Shown here: one piece after another, positions 55,794 through 63,282 of the stretch
Layout: every line of letters starts with the position of its first letter
How positions within the stretch are numbered: the stretch's first letter is position 1
NCBI GenBank assembly: GCA_045603805.1
Contig: JAZUMU010000009.1
Coordinates: 6,944-70,943 of the forward strand
Length of the DNA: 64,000 bases
Direction: 5' to 3'
Source of the DNA: Candidatus Nanosyncoccus sp.
Lineage (GTDB): Bacteria; Patescibacteriota; Saccharimonadia; Saccharimonadales; Saccharimonadaceae
The notes under the pieces: generated by a model
Told to the model about the DNA's origin: nothing
Seen by the model: the letters and a program-made list of their open reading frames with translations, nothing else
The model's database searches: none
Position numbers and translations under genes: made by a program

Positions 55794-56165
55794 TTGAAGA
55801 ACCGATGGAAGGAGATGTATAGCGTGTGTATTGACAAACGCATATTGGGCTGGGAGTTGCGTATAATGGAGGGAGGACTCCAAGATGAAATGAAGTTGCT
55901 GGAACAGTTTCGAATTTTCGCAAGGCGTCTTTGTTGTTCTAGTTACGATCAAAAAATTGAATTTGGTCTGCCAGAAAATGTTATCCTTCATGGTATAGTG
56001 AATGGTGTAGAGGTAGACTTATCACAAATCAAGATCAAACCGGGTCCATGGCTAGGCAATAGTCTCACTATAACAACTGATTCTGGAGAGGTATATGCTA
56101 CGGAGGTTTTTTTCGCAACTAGAGAAACGCAGTTACTCTTGAGAGCCTTACTTTCAATCCACTAG
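55794..56165 (+). CDS. hypothetical protein (cassette 1)
   Basis: Maximal ORF. The likely start is ATG 55815 or GTG 55824, after GGAAGGAG. A terminator/repeat follows. Confidence 0.45.
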   Translation: MKNRWKEMYSVCIDKRILGWELRIMEGGLQDEMKLLEQFRIFARRLCCSSYDQKIEFGLPENVILHGIVNGVEVDLSQIKIKPGPWLGNSLTITTDSGEVYATEVFFATRETQLLLRALLSIH

Positions 56166-56184
56166 TTCAATCTTGCCAAATTGT

Positions 56185-56233
56185 CCCCGGCGGCTAGCCG
56201 GGGCTTTTTGCTACAAAATTATAATCATACTGG
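56185..56233 (+). repeat. terminator-plus-tail repeat, copy A
   Basis: CCCCGGC-GGCTA-GCCGGGG CTTTTTGCTACAAAATTATAATCATACTGG. A near-identical copy lies at 56732-56780. Confidence 0.75.
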
Positions 56234-56254
56234 AAAGATTAGGGGTTTTTAACA

Positions 56255-56283
56255 TTGACTTTTTATTCTGTTTGTGCTATAAT
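56255..56283 (+). promoter_or_regulatory. sigma-70-type promoter
   Basis: TTGACT, 17 nt, TATAAT. Confidence 0.55.
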
Positions 56284-56328
56284 TATAGTTGGGAGAACAT
56301 TAAAATGAACTAGAAAGGGGGTGGGTAC

Positions 56329-56715
56329 GTGAACGGAAAGCGTACCTCTGTCAAATCATTTACTATATATACTCTGTTGTTGAATATAATTCTTGGCGCC
56401 GTATTGTTATATGCAAGCACGAGGCTTACAAATTTGTACGGAGCATACAAAAACATGTGTGTAGCAATTCCTTCCGTAGTTTCGCTTGTCCCGAGCTGGA
56501 TAGTCGGTTGCATCCTCTTCAAGAAGGAGAGGCTTAACGAAGGGATTCTCGCGCTTACGTATTTAGTGGTGCCCGTAACATACTGCATTACTTTTGCTAT
56601 CATCCACGGATTTAGCTGGAGCTCTCTCTTTGTTACATTTTTCTTTAGCCTTATCCCCACGTTTATATGCTACATGATTTTGGTGGCAAATGTCACCTTG
56701 AAGGACAATGACTAG
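56329..56715 (+). CDS. small four-TM membrane protein (cassette 2)
   Basis: GTG start after AAAGGGGGTGGG. Hydrophobic throughout. Confidence 0.55.
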   Translation: MNGKRTSVKSFTIYTLLLNIILGAVLLYASTRLTNLYGAYKNMCVAIPSVVSLVPSWIVGCILFKKERLNEGILALTYLVVPVTYCITFAIIHGFSWSSLFVTFFFSLIPTFICYMILVANVTLKDND

Positions 56716-56731
56716 TTCTTCCCAAGAATTG

Positions 56732-56780
56732 CTCCGGCAGCCAGTCGGGGCTTTTTGCTACAAAATTATAATCATTCTGG
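56732..56780 (+). repeat. terminator-plus-tail repeat, copy B
   Basis: CTCCGGC-AGCCA-GTCGGGG CTTTTTGCTACAAAATTATAATCATTCTGG. Confidence 0.75.
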
Positions 56781-56795
56781 CAATCATTTTACCCG

Positions 56796-56824
56796 TTGAC
56801 AATTCATTTCCAACGAGGTAAAAT
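56796..56824 (+). promoter_or_regulatory. secE promoter
   Basis: TTGACA, 17 nt, TAAAAT. A leader hairpin GGTATCA..TGATACC follows at 56837-56858. Confidence 0.5.
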
Positions 56825-56883
56825 ATTGACAAGTCTGGTATCAGACTTTTTTGATACCATGATATGTAACACAAAGGAGTAAG

Positions 56884-57270
56884 ATGGCTAAAATCACACG
56901 AATAAAAGCAAGTGACGACCCTCGTAAAAAGGAGGAGGCGGACGAGCCGACGATTACTCGCAAAAAAGTCGTCGTTAAAGACAAAAAAGCCGAAAAAAAT
57001 AAACGAAAAACAAGAAAAGAAGCTGAGAAAACGGTTGGCTCTAAAAAGAGCCCAGAAAAGAAACCTTTTATCCTAATAAGACCTTTTGTATGTTTGGGTA
57101 GATACATCCGAGATTCATGGAGAGAGCTCAGAAAAGTGCGTTGGCCAAATCGTAAAGCGACTTGGAAAATGGTGGTTGCGGTTTTAGTCTACACTTTGAT
57201 TTTTGTAATATTTATTTCACTTTTAGATTTATTCTTTTCGTGGTTATTTAATATAATTTTAAGTAAATAA
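56884..57270 (+). CDS. secE: preprotein translocase subunit SecE with a long Lys-rich N-terminal extension
   Basis: The C-terminal SWRELRKVRWPNRKATWKMVVAVLVYTLIF matches the SecE core. Precedes nusG. Confidence 0.8.
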   Translation: MAKITRIKASDDPRKKEEADEPTITRKKVVVKDKKAEKNKRKTRKEAEKTVGSKKSPEKKPFILIRPFVCLGRYIRDSWRELRKVRWPNRKATWKMVVAVLVYTLIFVIFISLLDLFFSWLFNIILSK

Positions 57271-57279
57271 GGAGATAAA

Positions 57280-57828
57280 ATGGCAGTAAACAGATATGAT
57301 AGCACGCGGGCATGGTACGCAATATCTACATACAGCGGCTACGAAGATAAGGTAGCGGATAGTATTAATCAGCGTACTAATACGGTAGAGATGGCTAATA
57401 AGATTTTTGAGGCTATTGTACCAAAGGAAAAACAAATTGAAATTAAAAACGGCAAACGTAAAATTGTGGACCGCAAAATATTGCAGGGTTATGTGCTGGT
57501 TGATATGAAATTATCCGATGAGACATGGTATATCATACGCAATACTCCTGGGGTGACTGGGTTTATTGGTACCGGCACTCAGCCAACTCCTGTATCTGAA
57601 AAGGAAATTGCGAAGATAAAGAAGCGTATGGGCGTAGAAGACCCGAAATTCTCCGTGAAGTATGAAGTTGGCGAAGTTGTTTCAATTACTGACGGTCCAT
57701 TTAAAGGCTTTGACGGCGCTATTTCTGAAATTGATGCCGCTAAAGGCAAACTTAAGGTAATGGTAAGTATGTTTGGTCGCGAAACACCAGTAGAGCTAGA
57801 CGCGCTGCAGGTGAAGCAGTTGAACTAA
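57280..57828 (+). CDS. nusG: transcription termination/antitermination factor NusG
   Basis: WYAISTYSGYEDKV, GYVLV, TPGVTGFIG, and the KOW motif GEVVSITDGPFKGFDG. Confidence 0.9.
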   Translation: MAVNRYDSTRAWYAISTYSGYEDKVADSINQRTNTVEMANKIFEAIVPKEKQIEIKNGKRKIVDRKILQGYVLVDMKLSDETWYIIRNTPGVTGFIGTGTQPTPVSEKEIAKIKKRMGVEDPKFSVKYEVGEVVSITDGPFKGFDGAISEIDAAKGKLKVMVSMFGRETPVELDALQVKQLN

Positions 57829-57847
57829 TATATCTAGACAAGAGAAA

Positions 57848-57869
57848 AGACCGCCGGGGTGGTCTTTTT
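57848..57869 (+). terminator. nusG terminator
   Basis: AGACCGC-CGGG-GTGGTCT followed by TTTT. Confidence 0.55.
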
Positions 57870-57874
57870 GGTAG

Positions 57875-57899
57875 CAAAATGCCCCGGTGGAACCGGGGC
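57875..57899 (-). terminator. terminator of the minus-strand inserted gene
   Basis: GCCCCGG-TGGAA-CCGGGGC, with ATTTTG on the minus strand. Confidence 0.5.
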
Positions 57900-57910
57900 G
57901 GGCGAACAGC

Positions 57911-58468
57911 CTATGATTTTATTGCGACTGCCAGCTCATTACGAGCGTTCGTGAAACACTTCGGTATGCCGTGGCTATAGTCTTCGCGAAGCTGCAGGAA
58001 ATATGCGATTTCTTTGCCGCTATGAGTGAGTTCGGGTGCCTTTACGAGATTGTTATGTCCATCACAGAATTCCTTAAAATCGAACGCCTGAATAGGCCGT
58101 GAAGCCAGGTACTTGATGGCCCGGTAGAAGCTTTCCTCGAGAGAAAATTCTGCCTCGCCCCATTCATCTACGTTGGCCGCCGCATATTCGATAGCATCGC
58201 TAAGCAACATGGCAGTGGTGCCCAGTTTGGGCGCGCCCCTTCTTAGGCATCCGACCAAGACCTTTGCGGCCGCCGAAGGCAGAAAGACGGTCTTGCTCTT
58301 GTGAATAGCTTCAAGCATGAAGCAAAGATGATTACGCTCAGTGAGTACCTCACAGCAGGCACCGATACGGTTGGGGTCGAGCTCCGTAATGCCGCCCACC
58401 AAGATAGACTGGATGGCTTCGGTGCTGGCACCGTCCAACAAATGATAAGCTGTTAAATTTTCATACAT
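57911..58468 (-). CDS. hypothetical protein inserted between nusG and rplK
   Basis: 185-aa ORF with an SD (AAGGAGGGA), its own promoter and its own terminator. No motif recognised. Confidence 0.55.
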   Translation of the reverse strand: MYENLTAYHLLDGASTEAIQSILVGGITELDPNRIGACCEVLTERNHLCFMLEAIHKSKTVFLPSAAAKVLVGCLRRGAPKLGTTAMLLSDAIEYAAANVDEWGEAEFSLEESFYRAIKYLASRPIQAFDFKEFCDGHNNLVKAPELTHSGKEIAYFLQLREDYSHGIPKCFTNARNELAVAIKS

Positions 58469-58557
58469 AGATGTATCCCTCCTTAAAGTATATTTGTATG
58501 AAAATAGCTATGGCACAAGAATGCCATTAGTGTAATAATATCATACATTAAGACTTT

Positions 58558-58577
58558 TGTCAAGATTAATCTTGACA
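58558..58577. promoter_or_regulatory. palindromic back-to-back -35 elements of two divergent promoters
   Basis: TGTCAAGAT-TA-ATCTTGACA. The plus strand reads TTGACA-17-TATAAT and the minus strand TTGACA-17-TATTAT. Confidence 0.55.
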
Positions 58578-58658
58578 TTTTGGTATAAGTATGCTATAAT
58601 TAAACTTGAGTTGGGTTTTTGTATCAGCTTGAAATTTTTACAATTAGGAGGTTATTTT

Positions 58659-59357
58659 ATGAAAGTAACAAGACGTGAAGTGGCGGATGCTGTTGCAGCC
58701 AATGACGTAGACAGGGTCGCTGAAATACTGGAGGGATATGGTTTCGGGAAAGATGGTCATGTGTTTCCATATTTTTCTCCCCATCGTGAGCTTGCGACTA
58801 TAATGCTGACGCATGCTTCAGTGGCTTCCCATCTAAATGCGCTTAACTATGAGATGGGGAGGGTGCTCATAGGACATACCGCTAAGGTAGTGGAACTTTT
58901 TCCTTTTGTGAAGTTGGTTTGGAGGGCGGCAGATTGTGAATGGTCTAACGCCACCAGCATTCCCGACCTTGTCCGTGATGCTTTGCTCCGTGATTGCTAT
59001 TCTCACGACTTCGCTCTGAGTGTTGCGAACATGGACTGCTGCGAGACCTTTACGAACATGCTCAGTTTTATCTTATCTGGCGAAGTTAAGCGACTGGACG
59101 TGGATTTTACCCCGACTCTCATTCTCTATGTTTACGTAAGGAATATTATTCCGAGAGAGTTGCTTTTTGCCTATATGGCGGCGTGTTTGAAAGGGCCTAT
59201 TTCGGACTGCGCTATATCACACCTCGGTCCCTTTGAAGCGTTTGCCTTGATGTTTTCCGGCGCCGAGGATAACAATGAGAATGACGAAGCAGAAGGCCAC
59301 GACGTGGCCAGAGATAGCATGGCCGACGATGAGAATGCTGCGGGCAACGAGAACTAA
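58659..59357 (+). CDS. hypothetical protein with an acidic C-terminal tail
   Basis: AGGAGG SD 7 nt before the ATG at 58659. No motif recognised. Confidence 0.55.
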   Translation: MKVTRREVADAVAANDVDRVAEILEGYGFGKDGHVFPYFSPHRELATIMLTHASVASHLNALNYEMGRVLIGHTAKVVELFPFVKLVWRAADCEWSNATSIPDLVRDALLRDCYSHDFALSVANMDCCETFTNMLSFILSGEVKRLDVDFTPTLILYVYVRNIIPRELLFAYMAACLKGPISDCAISHLGPFEAFALMFSGAEDNNENDEAEGHDVARDSMADDENAAGNEN

Positions 59358-59421
59358 GGCTGCCAGGGGGGCGCGAAGATTGTTACTGCAGGAATTACAA
59401 TAACGTAACCCCCTAATGCGT

Positions 59422-59443
59422 ATCCCCCTCTACGGAGGGGGAT
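59422..59443 (+). terminator. strong hairpin, probable terminator
   Basis: ATCCCCCTC-TACG-GAGGGGGAT. Only a short T-run follows. Confidence 0.45.
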
Positions 59444-59451
59444 TTGACATC

Positions 59452-59480
59452 TTGACAAATGGCAAGAATAGAGGTAAAAT
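59452..59480 (+). promoter_or_regulatory. rplK promoter
   Basis: TTGACA, 17 nt, TAAAAT. Confidence 0.5.
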
Positions 59481-59532
59481 TGAAGTGTTACGCAAATGCT
59501 TCTAAAATAATAGATTTAATAAGGAAAGTGAA

Positions 59533-59961
59533 ATGGCAGAGAAAAAAGTTATAGGAAACTTGAAACTACGCATCCCGGCGGGGCGCGCAACAGCGGGACC
59601 TCCGGTAGGTTCTACCTTGGGTCAGTGGGGGCTTAACATGATGGATTTTATAAACCCATTTAATGAAAAGACCAAAGACCTTATGGGTAAAAATGTAATT
59701 GTGCATATTCGCGTGTTTGAAGATCGTACCTTTGACTGGAAAAGTTTAGGTCAACCGGTAGATGATTTAATTCGCGAAGCTATCAAAATAGACAAGGGTA
59801 GCGGCAAGCCTAACACGAATAAAGTGGGTAAAATTACCAAAGCTCAACTTCAAGAGATTGCCGAAAAGAAGATGGACCAACTTAACGCGATAGATATTGA
59901 GGGTGCAATTAAAATCGTAGCCGGCACAGCTCGTTCGATGGGCGTAGAAGTTGCAGAATAA
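59533..59961 (+). CDS. rplK: 50S ribosomal protein L11
   Basis: KLRIPAGRATAGPPVGSTLGQWGLNMMDF and GTARSMGVEV are hallmarks of L11. Confidence 0.9.
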   Translation: MAEKKVIGNLKLRIPAGRATAGPPVGSTLGQWGLNMMDFINPFNEKTKDLMGKNVIVHIRVFEDRTFDWKSLGQPVDDLIREAIKIDKGSGKPNTNKVGKITKAQLQEIAEKKMDQLNAIDIEGAIKIVAGTARSMGVEVAE

Positions 59962-59978
59962 GACTAATTTGTTTTTAG

Positions 59979-60008
59979 AAAATCCACCTTGTGCAGGGGT
60001 GGATTTTT
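59979..60008 (+). terminator. rplK terminator
   Basis: AAAATCCACC, 9-nt loop, GGTGGATTTT. Confidence 0.6.
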
Positions 60009-60009
60009 G
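59995..60009 (+). repeat. 15-bp direct repeat, copy 1
   Basis: AGGGGTGGATTTTTG is identical to 61505-61519. Confidence 0.75.
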
Positions 60010-60029
60010 GGCGAAACAATGTGTGGCTA

Positions 60030-60058
60030 TTGACTTATATTGAATTTCGTGGTATAAT
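60030..60058 (+). promoter_or_regulatory. sigma-70-type promoter
   Basis: TTGACT, 17 nt, TATAAT. Confidence 0.55.
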
Positions 60059-60115
60059 GTTGTATAGACCGTTTGGTTTTTGTTCATTAAAAAATTACAG
60101 AAAGGATGATGAGAT

Positions 60116-61471
60116 GTGAAAACATCCGTAAGGGATTTGCCTGCCTATAGGAAAATGGTGGAAGAATTTGTCGAAAAAGAGTATAGTGAGGGCGTAGAAG
60201 ACGATACCAGTATCTATACTTGGGACGGCAAAAGTCTAGTCTCCGGTGGTCTAACACCTGGGCACTATGTAGGCGCCATACAATATGCCAAAATAGAATT
60301 TGCTGATGTCCCTGAAGAATGCAGAACACGGGAATTTTTCCTTCATGCCCTGAGTGGCGTACGCGAAGATCTCGTAGAATTTGCCAAGGCGCACCCCGAG
60401 AAGTTTGACAAGCAGTTTTTTAAAGACCATATGGTGACAAATTACTATGGGTTGATGTTTAGCCTGAATGACTTTGAATGGATGCCGTTGGAGGTGATGG
60501 ACGAAGAGCTGGTGATGTGCGCTATGCTCCGCTCTATCAGCATGAGATACATAGATAGGCGGGGTGACTGCAAAGACTGGTTTTACTCTGTGCAGAGAAG
60601 AAAGCCCGAACTCTTGACGCAGGAAATGTATATCCTGGGCGCGAGGTGTTTTGCGTCTAGAATCTGCGGAGAAAATAAGTTTCTGGAGATTACTCCGGAA
60701 AAGTATCGTACGCTGGAGTATTGGTATGCACTCTGCATAGACAACGATACTCCAGTAATGGAAGACATCCCCGACGATGCGCTGACAGATAACTTCCTGT
60801 CGGGACTTTTAAGAATTGGCCCTGAGCAAATACAATGCTTTTCTGAGGCCGCACTTGAGAGAGAGTTCCTGCTGCCCGATGTAGGCAGGATGAAATGCTG
60901 GCAGATAGCCGTAAGGATGGATGGTCACACGATTCGTTACATACCTCTTAACGACGAGAGGGTAAAATACTTCATGGACTGGTACCCTAAAGATTCTTTT
61001 GAGTACCAACATGGGTTTAAAGACCATTACAAAAAATATTTGCGCAAGAAGAATGGTACTTCTGCAGGGAACAGGGCCGTAGAGGCTGCCGGAGCGGCGA
61101 TGATGGCCGGTATAATGAGCGGCATGGATTCTGATGCAGCGATAGGCATTGCCAACGATGTGATGCATGCTGCTACAGACAGAAATTCGATACTGCCTAT
61201 TCGCTCCCGCGCGCGAGTACCTAAGGAGTATGCAAAGACGTACGATACGGAAGAGTATCTGCTCGAAATCTATAGGAAGCTGGGCATCCAAGTGATAGGT
61301 GAGACAGACCAGTATTACTACAGCGTGGTCTTGCCAGACGGACTGTCTATAGACGAAGGCTGTGACGGCACCTTTCTAAAAAACTGGTCAGAGAAGCTGC
61401 TTCGCATCTGTGACTATGGGTCGTTTTATGACCGCAGTGTGTACGTAGATGAAATCTACGTGACATTGTAA
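60116..61471 (+). CDS. hypothetical protein (451 aa) inserted after rplK
   Basis: GTG start after AAAGGA. It has its own promoter and terminator. No motif I can name with confidence. Confidence 0.55.
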   Translation: MKTSVRDLPAYRKMVEEFVEKEYSEGVEDDTSIYTWDGKSLVSGGLTPGHYVGAIQYAKIEFADVPEECRTREFFLHALSGVREDLVEFAKAHPEKFDKQFFKDHMVTNYYGLMFSLNDFEWMPLEVMDEELVMCAMLRSISMRYIDRRGDCKDWFYSVQRRKPELLTQEMYILGARCFASRICGENKFLEITPEKYRTLEYWYALCIDNDTPVMEDIPDDALTDNFLSGLLRIGPEQIQCFSEAALEREFLLPDVGRMKCWQIAVRMDGHTIRYIPLNDERVKYFMDWYPKDSFEYQHGFKDHYKKYLRKKNGTSAGNRAVEAAGAAMMAGIMSGMDSDAAIGIANDVMHAATDRNSILPIRSRARVPKEYAKTYDTEEYLLEIYRKLGIQVIGETDQYYYSVVLPDGLSIDEGCDGTFLKNWSEKLLRICDYGSFYDRSVYVDEIYVTL

Positions 61472-61477
61472 ACCGCG

Positions 61478-61501
61478 ACCGGCTCGCAAGAGCCGGTTTT
61501 T
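61478..61501 (+). terminator. rho-independent terminator
   Basis: ACCGGCTC-GCAA-GAGCCGGT followed by TTTT. Confidence 0.65.
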
Positions 61502-61504
61502 GCT

Positions 61505-61519
61505 AGGGGTGGATTTTTG
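61505..61519 (+). repeat. 15-bp direct repeat, copy 2 (orphan half of the rplK terminator)
   Basis: AGGGGTGGATTTTTG with no complementary 5' arm upstream. Confidence 0.75.
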
Positions 61520-61597
61520 TTGACTTTTTTGTGCTTTATGTAAAATATAAACGCATCATTGCGCATATTTAAAAATTGTCATTGGGGAGGAATGACT

Positions 61598-62272
61598 ATG
61601 AAAGAAAAAATCGGGATTATTGTAGCAGTCGAACCTGAGGCGATGCAATTTTTCGGTATCTTCGGAACACCAACGCATCATTTTTGTGAAGCCTACAGGT
61701 ATGAAGTTTGGTCGTGGGATAAGTATCCGGCCTATATCTACCTTATTCAGAGCGGATGCGGCGAAATCGCCGCGGCATCTGCCACCCAGTATCTGATTGA
61801 CAGATGCAATGTTGATAAAATTATCAATTATGGGGTAGTGGGTGGGCTACGTGATGGGCTTTCAGCGCGGACTGTCGGGGTAGTAAAAAAATCGTTCATT
61901 ACGGTTTTGATGTTTCCGTCAAAAAAATATCCGGTAGGCAGATACCCAAACCAGGATGATTTATTCCTGTCGCCAAAGAAGGATGCTTCACCGCAGGCAT
62001 GTCTTGATGTATTGCCGGGATTCATTTGTGCTTCGGCAGATAAGTCCGTGGGGCCTGGAGACCCTAAAAGAAAACTGAGAAATGATTTTAACGCCGACGT
62101 CTGTGAAATGGAGGCAACGGGTATCGTTCTTACTTGCAATAAAAACGGCATTCCGTGTAGCTTTATTAAAGCCATATCGGATGGTGTAGATGAAGGCGAA
62201 AAAGCTTTCAACGATAATGTGTCCGCAGCCGCAAGGGCATGTGTTGAAGTACTTGCCCGATTTTTAACCTAA
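61598..62272 (+). CDS. MTA/SAH nucleosidase-like (PNP_UDP_1 family) protein
   Basis: IGIIVAVEPE, SGCGEIAAA, and CEMEATGIVLTC...FIKAISD align with Pfs/MtnN. An internal 12-aa stretch between two A7 runs looks out of frame. Confidence 0.65.
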   Translation: MKEKIGIIVAVEPEAMQFFGIFGTPTHHFCEAYRYEVWSWDKYPAYIYLIQSGCGEIAAASATQYLIDRCNVDKIINYGVVGGLRDGLSARTVGVVKKSFITVLMFPSKKYPVGRYPNQDDLFLSPKKDASPQACLDVLPGFICASADKSVGPGDPKRKLRNDFNADVCEMEATGIVLTCNKNGIPCSFIKAISDGVDEGEKAFNDNVSAAARACVEVLARFLT

Positions 62273-62295
62273 GGTCGCGAAAGCGGCCTTTTTTC
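62272..62295 (+). terminator. rho-independent terminator
   Basis: AGGTCGC-GAAA-GCGGCCT (one G-U pair) followed by TTTTTT. Confidence 0.6.
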
Positions 62296-62379
62296 TGATA
62301 ATATACGCTTTGGGTCGTAGGTTGCGGTGAGGACAGTATTCTAAGATGACGACAAAAAGCGTGAATCTATACGGCTAGA

Positions 62380-62408
62380 TTGACTTTTTGGCAAAAAATT
62401 GGTATAAC
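62380..62408 (+). promoter_or_regulatory. sigma-70-type promoter
   Basis: TTGACT, 17 nt, TATAAC. Confidence 0.5.
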
Positions 62409-62481
62409 TATAATGATACTCCTTTCTCTTATCGGGGTATAGTTGTTTAAAATTTGTTTTACAGAAAGGAAGTGATAAGAG

Positions 62482-63279
62482 TTGAAGGTTCGGGGCGTAG
62501 AGATATGCGAGAAAATAGGCGAATCCGCTAAATTTCGCATCTATCTCGGAAATACCGAGGACAGACAGAAGGTAATAGTAAAGGTGGCAAAGACTTTTGA
62601 GGACGGAAATACCTTAGCGGTTGAGTTGGGAAAGTTCAACTTACTACGTTGCTTTGCGGACCAAGTGTCATCTTATGAAGAACGCTTGGGTAAAACCGAC
62701 TCACACTACGACTGGCTTTTTGCTGAATTGCAGTCTTCTTTTGTGGAACCTACGCAAGGAGACAGGCGCATTAGCATTTTTAAGGTATCCGACACGGAAC
62801 TTGATAGTTTGATCCCACTAGTAAAACTGTACGCTGGGACTGAAATCGATGCACGCTCTAGCATATGGATTTTGGGGAGATTCTTCAAATTCTACGGCTT
62901 TTTTGAGCTGATAGCGTTCGATCTTGATTCCAATGCGCCACAGTACCCTATTTTCTCGCCCAACGATTATTTGTTGGGGGTAGAAAAGCACCGTTTGATC
63001 TACTATAACTTCTCTGGAGACATATTTGATGTAATAGCAAATGATTTTGTCAAAGCTATTGCGAAATATATTGTCGACTGGGTAGTAATAGGAGAAGATC
63101 CAAAAGAGCAAGAGTACTTGAAGCTGTTGCAGGATTTTGCAACAGAAGGACGCAGAACATTCGAACAAGCTCATTCCGAGCTCTATGATTTAGTGCACAA
63201 ACTTTGGGAGATAGGATATCACCCGTTTACGTATCGCGAGCGCGGTACACTCGTCTGGAAAACTATAAAGGAGGAATGA
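62482..63279 (+). CDS. hypothetical protein (265 aa), upstream partner of the vWA gene
   Basis: TTG start after AAAGGAAG. VIVKVAK ... SPNDYLL ... YYNFSGD is only vaguely kinase-fold-like. Confidence 0.5.
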   Translation: MKVRGVEICEKIGESAKFRIYLGNTEDRQKVIVKVAKTFEDGNTLAVELGKFNLLRCFADQVSSYEERLGKTDSHYDWLFAELQSSFVEPTQGDRRISIFKVSDTELDSLIPLVKLYAGTEIDARSSIWILGRFFKFYGFFELIAFDLDSNAPQYPIFSPNDYLLGVEKHRLIYYNFSGDIFDVIANDFVKAIAKYIVDWVVIGEDPKEQEYLKLLQDFATEGRRTFEQAHSELYDLVHKLWEIGYHPFTYRERGTLVWKTIKEE

Positions 63280-63282
63280 TGT

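Noticed and set aside
56160-56780. The repeated hairpin-containing 3' flanks, considered as integron attC sites or a mini CRISPR array.
   Set aside because: There are only two copies and the intervening sequence is a 550-bp gene. No integron integrase or cas genes are nearby. The hairpin plus T-run behaves like an ordinary intrinsic terminator.
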